A stretch of DNA of 64,000 bases from Candidatus Stercoripulliclostridium sp. (GTDB lineage: Bacteria > Bacillota > Clostridia > Christensenellales > DTU072). Position numbers and translations under genes: made by a program. The stretch covers positions 40,564 to 104,563 of the forward strand of contig JAZNIY010000004.1 in NCBI GenBank assembly GCA_045577735.1, in the 5' to 3' direction. Position 1 is the first letter of the stretch. Every line of letters starts with the position of its first letter. Under the pieces are notes generated by a model. That model saw nothing but the letters and a program-made list of their open reading frames with translations, made no database searches and was not told the origin of the DNA. Below, piece after piece: positions 58,699 through 64,000 of this stretch.

Positions 58699-59459
58699 AA
58701 GACGTAGTTAAAATTCTTGAAGATTTTGCACCTTTGGAGTTACAAGCAAGTTATGATAATAGTGGATTATTCTTTGGCGATTATCAATGGGATCTAAAAG
58801 GTGTGTTAATTACTCTTGACACTTCGGAAGATGTTGTAAAAGAAGCAATTGAACTGGGGGCAAACTTGATTATTGAGCATCACCCTAGTGTATTTATGCC
58901 AATTAAAAAAATTGATTTGACTTATCCCAAACATAAGGCGATAGCTTTGGCAATTAAAAATGATATTGCCATTTATAGCGCACATACATCTGTTGACTTT
59001 GCCGTTGGTGGATTAAATGACAGAGTGATGGAATTGCTTGGTTGCGTGAGTTATGATCAATCTAATGGAAATGCAAGCGACATGAGAATAGGTAAGCTTA
59101 GCAAAGCAGTTAAATTAGGTGCTTTTGCTGATTGTGTTGCCCAAGTCTTTGATGATAAACACGTTGCTTTTGTTGGTGACAGTAACAAGCTAATATCAAC
59201 GATAGCAGTTGTCAACGGTGGAGGTGGTTCCCACGAAGGAGCGTTAGTTGAAGCAAAAAACGCTGGAGCAGACGTATTTGTTTCTGGGGATTTTAAATAT
59301 AACGTTATTAGATTTGCTAAGGACTTGGGCTTTCCCGTAATTATTGTGGGACATTATAATAGCGAAGTACCTTTTTTAAATCTAATTAAAGAATTATTAA
59401 TTAACAACGACATATGTAACGTACATAGTGCTAATACTTGTACGAATCCATTGAATTAG
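58686..59459 (+). CDS. yqfO: Nif3-like dinuclear metal centre protein (YqfO family)
   Basis: It has FAPLELQASYDNSGL, IEHHP, the HTSVD pattern and a GHYNSE C-terminus. Confidence 0.88.
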   Translation: MPKIKDVVKILEDFAPLELQASYDNSGLFFGDYQWDLKGVLITLDTSEDVVKEAIELGANLIIEHHPSVFMPIKKIDLTYPKHKAIALAIKNDIAIYSAHTSVDFAVGGLNDRVMELLGCVSYDQSNGNASDMRIGKLSKAVKLGAFADCVAQVFDDKHVAFVGDSNKLISTIAVVNGGGGSHEGALVEAKNAGADVFVSGDFKYNVIRFAKDLGFPVIIVGHYNSEVPFLNLIKELLINNDICNVHSANTCTNPLN

Positions 59460-59467
59460 GAGTAAAT

Positions 59468-60169
59468 ATGGATATTGAAAAGATTTTAGAGTACCAAAAA
59501 TTAGATTTTGTTCTTTATAAGGCAAATAGGGATTTTGCCAATAGTGAAGAAAACAAAAGAGCACAAATGTTTCGTAAGTTGAGAAATGATTTAGCTGAAA
59601 GTTTAATTAAACTTGACAAGGAAACAGGAGAAAACTTTAGTGAAATAGACAAAGCGATAGGCGCATTTGAAAATTTCATGAAAAAGTATAAGGTTGCTAC
59701 GATTAATGGAGCGAAAACCATTGAACAAGCAGATAGAATAGATGAAACTATTAACACTTTGATAAGTGAACTTGCTACAATTCAAAAGGACATTCAACAA
59801 GGCTTTAATCGTTTACAAGAGATAGAGTCTAAAGATGCAAAAGAAGCAAAACAAAAGCTCACTAAGGTTTTGGCTGAGTTGAAGAATGCAGAAATAGTTA
59901 GAAATGAAAAAAGAACAGAAATAATTTCTTCCATTTCTCAAGAAGGTGCTGCTTTAAATAAAATGCAGGCAGAATTAGATCCTGATGATTTGAAACTATA
60001 TAACAAAGTAAAGAGTGCCGTTAATAGAATGCCTTGTGTGGTTGAATATCGTGATGGCAATTGCCTCGGATGTGGTATAGAAATTAAATCGGAAGTTGAT
60101 TCTAAACTTCAAAAAGCCGGGGATATCGCAGAATGTCCGCATTGTAGGAGAATCGTATATAAAAAATAA
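59468..60169 (+). CDS. Coiled-coil C4 zinc-ribbon protein (DUF164 family, Nif3 partner)
   Basis: The product has a long helical region and a C-terminal CLGCG...CPHCRR ribbon. The ATG at 59468 follows an AGGAG RBS. Confidence 0.82.
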   Translation: MDIEKILEYQKLDFVLYKANRDFANSEENKRAQMFRKLRNDLAESLIKLDKETGENFSEIDKAIGAFENFMKKYKVATINGAKTIEQADRIDETINTLISELATIQKDIQQGFNRLQEIESKDAKEAKQKLTKVLAELKNAEIVRNEKRTEIISSISQEGAALNKMQAELDPDDLKLYNKVKSAVNRMPCVVEYRDGNCLGCGIEIKSEVDSKLQKAGDIAECPHCRRIVYKK

Positions 60170-60208
60170 ACCATCAAACACCATCATATAATAAACATAG
60201 GAGAAGCT

Positions 60209-60991
60209 ATGTTGTTTTATAAAATGAATGGTTTGGGTAATGATTACATATTTATTGATAGTTCAAAGTGCCTTAAACAAGATTTTGAATATCTTAAAAG
60301 AAACATACGTGCATTCACAATAAAACTTTCTGACAGACATTTTGGGGTTGGTGGCGATGGCGTTGTTTTGCTTGAAGAGTCCAAGATGGCGGACATTAAA
60401 ATGAGAATTTTTAATGCGGATGGATCAGAGGGCAACATGTGTGGAAATGCTCTAAGATGTATTGGAAAATTGCTCCATGATGGAGCGAATAAAATTCGGA
60501 ATGAGTACTACGTTGAGACACTTTCCGGCATAAAGTTGATTGAGATATTGAATAATGACACGTACGAATCTTTGGTTCTAACACGAATGGGAAGGCCAAA
60601 GCTAACTAGTATAAAAGATAACGTTGAGTTTTATGATATTGGAAATAAGCACGCAGTCTTTTATACTGAAACACTTGATGATTTTACTATCGAGAAAGCA
60701 AGCGTTCTTTCTAAAACATTTGACGTAAACGCTGAAGCCGTCACTATTGATGGTGAAAGTATTAAGATGAGAGTGTGGGAAAGAGGCAGTGGGGAAACGC
60801 TTGCGTGTGGAACGGGAGCTACTTGCGTTGCGCAGTCTATCTTTGAAAAAGGGTTATTCAAAAAAAGTGAGTTAGAAATCTTTCTCAAAGGTGGGTGCTT
60901 AGTTGCTTTAAATGATAAAGAGGGGATTAGTCTTATTGGTAAGGCGAACTTAAATTATATAGGAGAAATAAACTTAAGAAACTATGGTTAA
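60209..60991 (+). CDS. dapF: Diaminopimelate epimerase
   Basis: It has FYKMNGLGNDYIFID and both catalytic Cys motifs (MCGNALRC, ACGTGA). Confidence 0.93.
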   Translation: MLFYKMNGLGNDYIFIDSSKCLKQDFEYLKRNIRAFTIKLSDRHFGVGGDGVVLLEESKMADIKMRIFNADGSEGNMCGNALRCIGKLLHDGANKIRNEYYVETLSGIKLIEILNNDTYESLVLTRMGRPKLTSIKDNVEFYDIGNKHAVFYTETLDDFTIEKASVLSKTFDVNAEAVTIDGESIKMRVWERGSGETLACGTGATCVAQSIFEKGLFKKSELEIFLKGGCLVALNDKEGISLIGKANLNYIGEINLRNYG

Positions 60992-62168
60992 AATTAATAA
61001 GAATTATAATTCATTAAAAGAAAGTTACTTGTTTTCAACAACTGCTAGAAAAATAAGAGAATTTCAAGCAGCAAATCCAGATAAGCCTGTTATTAAAATG
61101 GGCATTGGCGACGTTACAAAGCCTTTGACACCATGTGTTGTAAAAGCACTTGAAAAAGCAAGCGCTGAAATGGGTGTGTCGGAAACTTTCCACGGTTATG
61201 GTGATGAGCAAGGATATGCTTTCTTAAGAGAAGCAGTGCAAAAATACTACAAGAAGATTGGTAACGTTTCTATTGATGCTGATGAGATATTTATTGCAGA
61301 TGGAGCTAAAAGCGATTTAGCGAACTTTACAGATTTATTCTCTAATGATAACGTTATTGTGATACCCGACCCAGTGTATCCTGTTTATTTAGACAGCAAC
61401 GTTATGCTAGGAAGGGAAATCGTATACATAGAAGGAAATGAAGAAAATGGTTTCTTGCCCATGCCTTACGAAGGCCTCAAGGGAGATATAGTATATCTTT
61501 GTTCTCCTAATAATCCCACTGGTGCAGCATATAATCGCGAGCAATTAAAGACTTGGGTTGAATACGCAATTAAAAACGATATGCTTATTTTATATGATGC
61601 TGCTTATGAAGCATTCATTGAAGATAAGAATTTACCAAGATCTATTTATGAAATTGATGGGGCGAAACAATGTGCTGTTGAATTTTGTTCATTGTCAAAG
61701 ACTGCCGGCTTCACCGGAACACGTTGCGGTTATACCATCGTGCCTAAAGATATCATTATAGAGACGAAGTCTTTAAACAAAATGTGGTTACGTCGTCAAA
61801 CAACTAAGTTTAATGGAACTTCTTACATTGTTCAAAGAGGTGCTGAAGCTGTATTTAGCGATGAAGGAATTAATGAATGTTATAACAACATTGCTTACTA
61901 TAAAGAAAATGCAAAAATTATTGCTAAAGCATTAGATGAAATTGGTGTATGGTATACTGGTGGTATAAACTCTCCATACGTATGGCTTAAATGCGGTATG
62001 GATTCTTGGGAATTCTTTGATTTATTGCTAAATGAAGCTCAAGTTGCAGGTACTCCCGGTTCAGGTTTTGGTAAGTGTGGTGAGGGCTATTTTAGATTGA
62101 CAGCTTTTAATACAAAAGAAAACACCATCGAGGCAATGGAAAGAATAAAAAGGATTTTTAAAAAATAA
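60984..62168 (+). CDS. dapL: LL-diaminopimelate aminotransferase
   Basis: The NYNSLKESYLF, GIGDVTKPL and SLSKTAGFTG (PLP Lys) motifs are present. It overlaps the end of dapF. Confidence 0.9.
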   Translation: MVKINKNYNSLKESYLFSTTARKIREFQAANPDKPVIKMGIGDVTKPLTPCVVKALEKASAEMGVSETFHGYGDEQGYAFLREAVQKYYKKIGNVSIDADEIFIADGAKSDLANFTDLFSNDNVIVIPDPVYPVYLDSNVMLGREIVYIEGNEENGFLPMPYEGLKGDIVYLCSPNNPTGAAYNREQLKTWVEYAIKNDMLILYDAAYEAFIEDKNLPRSIYEIDGAKQCAVEFCSLSKTAGFTGTRCGYTIVPKDIIIETKSLNKMWLRRQTTKFNGTSYIVQRGAEAVFSDEGINECYNNIAYYKENAKIIAKALDEIGVWYTGGINSPYVWLKCGMDSWEFFDLLLNEAQVAGTPGSGFGKCGEGYFRLTAFNTKENTIEAMERIKRIFKK

Positions 62169-62224
62169 GTTAATGAAAATGCGATAAAATCGGTATCTTA
62201 AGATACAAAACAGCGATCAATTTT

Positions 62225-62260
62225 AAGCGAATGTATATTTTTTACATTCGCTTTTTATTT
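62225..62260 (+). terminator. Intrinsic terminator after dapL
   Basis: Perfect 11-bp stem AAGCGAATGTA / TACATTCGCTT with a 7-nt loop, followed by TTTATTTT. Confidence 0.8.
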
Positions 62261-62354
62261 TGTAATAGGACCAAAAGTTAAAAAATAAAATATATTGCTT
62301 TTTGCGCGCGCGTGTGATATTATAATAATATAACTCTAAAATAGGAGAAAAATA

Positions 62355-64000
62355 ATGAAAGATTTTTGGCGTAAAGCTCGAATATATAACGTAAATAGTA
62401 TTGAAAGGTATGCTTCAGGTTTTCCATATGACCAAGACAACAAGCCTAAAGTTGTTTCTTTAAATGGGGAATGGGATTTTAAATATTGTCCTACTGTTGA
62501 AAACATTCCAGTAGGATTTGAAAAAATCGGAGCTGATTTAAATGGCTTTGATAAAATCTCAGTTCCTTCTGAATGGCAAATTAAAGGATATGATACACCC
62601 ATTTACACAAACACTAATTATCCTTATGCGTTAGAATCAAAATTTTTGCCAATGATTCCTCACGTTTATGGCCATTTAAATTCGGTTGGATGTTATTCAA
62701 CTAATTTTAACGTCGAGGCAAATGGGGATAATGTTTTCATACGTTTTGGTGGCGTAGGAAGTTGCGCTGAAGTTTATGTTAACGGTGAATTCGTTGGTTA
62801 TTCAGAAGACACCTTTGATTTCCAAGAATATGAAGTTACAAAATTTGTTAAAGAAGGAGTTAACAAGTTAGCCGTAGTTGTATATCGTTATTGTACGGGG
62901 AGTTATTTGGAAGATCAAGATATGTGGCGTTTGTCAGGTATTTTCCGCGACGTTGATTTAATATATAAGCCAAAGGTTGAAATATCCGACATGTACTTTT
63001 ATTGTGATTTTTCTGATGATTTTCGCAATGCTACTTTAAATGGGAAATTGAATATTTTTGCAAATGGCCAATCGTTAAACAATCCTGTTTTAAAGGTTTC
63101 TATTGTTGATTACAATGGACAAGAAGATGCTATTTTTGAGGGAACATACAAATTAAATTCTTTATCAAATGGTGATAAGATTATTTTTGATTTAAAAGAA
63201 AAAATATCAAACTTCCGTTTGTGGTCCCATGAACAACCTAATCTTTATGCAATCGTAGTAGAACTTTTAGATAATGAGTATTTTGTTGATAAAAGAGCCT
63301 GTTCATTTGGCTTTAGAAAGGTAGAAATAGTTCCTATGCTTGCAGGGGAAGGCCCGTTTATTCTTCTTAATGGCAAACCTGTTAAATTTGCTGGCGTAAA
63401 TCGTCACGAATTCCATCCCGAGTATGGTCATGCCGTTCCTGTTGATTTGATTGAAAAAGATATTATTCTTTGTAAGAAAAATAATATTACAGCTATCCGC
63501 ACTTCACATTATCCAAATCAACCGGCTTTTTATGAATTGTGTGATAAATACGGTGTTTTAGTTATTTGTGAAAATAACTTAGAAACTCACGGATTGAGCT
63601 TGATTATACCTAGAAGCAATAAAATGTGGACGGAACAATGTTGTTACCGTATGCGTAATATGGTTAATACTTTCAAGAACCATCCATGCATAGTATCTTG
63701 GTCACTTGGTAATGAATCTGGTAGGGGCAAAGCGTTTATGGCAATGAGAAAAACTGCGCTTGCTATTGATAACACCCGTTTTATTCATTATGAACAAGAT
63801 TTTAAACTTGAAGTAAGCGATGTTCTTTCCGAAATGTATGCTCATTATGAAAAAATGGAACCTATCGGTAAGAATAAACCAATCTGGCATGGTTCATATA
63901 TGTTCTGCCCTACAGGGTGGCCAATGAGTCCGGAAAGATATCGTGATAAACCATTCATACAATGTGAATACGCGCATGCTATGGGTAATAGTTTGGGTAA
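62355..64000 (+). CDS. Glycoside hydrolase family 2 beta-galactosidase (3' end outside window, absent from supplied ORF track)
   Basis: I translated by hand from the ATG at 62355 (AGGAG RBS) and found no stop before base 64000. The product shows LNGEWDF, WQIKGYDTPIYTNTNYPY, DMWRLSGIFRDV, VNRHEFHP, WSLGNESG (acid/base Glu) and QCEYAHAMGNS (nucleophile Glu). Confidence 0.9.
   Translation, partial: MKDFWRKARIYNVNSIERYASGFPYDQDNKPKVVSLNGEWDFKYCPTVENIPVGFEKIGADLNGFDKISVPSEWQIKGYDTPIYTNTNYPYALESKFLPMIPHVYGHLNSVGCYSTNFNVEANGDNVFIRFGGVGSCAEVYVNGEFVGYSEDTFDFQEYEVTKFVKEGVNKLAVVVYRYCTGSYLEDQDMWRLSGIFRDVDLIYKPKVEISDMYFYCDFSDDFRNATLNGKLNIFANGQSLNNPVLKVSIVDYNGQEDAIFEGTYKLNSLSNGDKIIFDLKEKISNFRLWSHEQPNLYAIVVELLDNEYFVDKRACSFGFRKVEIVPMLAGEGPFILLNGKPVKFAGVNRHEFHPEYGHAVPVDLIEKDIILCKKNNITAIRTSHYPNQPAFYELCDKYGVLVICENNLETHGLSLIIPRSNKMWTEQCCYRMRNMVNTFKNHPCIVSWSLGNESGRGKAFMAMRKTALAIDNTRFIHYEQDFKLEVSDVLSEMYAHYEKMEPIGKNKPIWHGSYMFCPTGWPMSPERYRDKPFIQCEYAHAMGNSLG

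Noticed and set aside
62193-62206. A perfect 14-bp palindrome, GTATCTTAAGATAC, downstream of dapL. I considered it as a LacI/CcpA-type operator for the GH2 gene.
   Set aside because: It lies upstream of the dapL terminator, about 150 nt from the GH2 start and outside any plausible promoter. It does not match the cre consensus, having no central CG. It is AT-rich enough to occur by chance.
1-64000. I looked for CRISPR arrays, tRNA/rRNA/tmRNA/SRP RNA genes, IS elements, integrases, prophage genes, toxin-antitoxin pairs and defence islands.
   Set aside because: I recognised no direct-repeat/spacer arrays, no transposase, integrase or phage-like ORFs, and no small adjacent TA-like pairs. The longest non-coding stretches are about 100-190 nt and are accounted for by promoters, terminators and leaders. 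This was a visual scan only; a tRNAscan/Infernal run would be decisive.

Overview
This window looks like conserved housekeeping chromosome from an AT-rich (by eye, not computed) low-GC Firmicute, probably an anaerobic Clostridia-like lineage. That guess rests on indolepyruvate:ferredoxin oxidoreductase, DapL-type lysine synthesis, HemW, and a Bacillus-like ylb / rpmF-plsX-rnc-smc-ftsY-ffh / dprA-topA-trmFO-hslVU / lepA-hemW-hrcA-grpE-dnaK-dnaJ / dnaG-sigA gene order. I support 62 protein-coding genes, 60 on the + strand; only tmcAL and rpsU are on the - strand. Two are cut by the window edges: iorA at the 5' end, and a GH2 beta-galactosidase at the 3' end that is missing from the supplied ORF track. 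Packing is very tight, with many ATGA/TAATG overlaps and one 15-gene run whose largest spacer is 11 nt. I identified several sigma-A-type promoters, a CIRCE operator upstream of hrcA, and a handful of intrinsic terminators. By eye I saw no rRNA, tRNA, CRISPR array, transposase/integrase, prophage or defence-type genes, and no sign of an alternative genetic code. I did not find a convincing undescribed multi-gene system; this reads as an ordinary core region. The items most worth a second look are single-gene or architectural oddities. They are: a hairpin-bounded lipoprotein plus beta-sandwich plus GT-C-like polytopic membrane gene inserted into the conserved backbone; a fused MacB-type ABC transporter with an oversized ectodomain at the end of the heat-shock operon; an in-frame RsmD-CoaD fusion; an orphan acidic 110-aa ORF upstream of dnaG; three promoters embedded in the preceding terminators; GC-rich alternating purine-pyrimidine tracts in AT-rich leaders; loss of the usual hisS-aspS T-box and of the fab/acpP genes between plsX and rnc; and a probable non-canonical start codon for alr. 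All functional calls come from motif and synteny recognition by eye. No database search was run.
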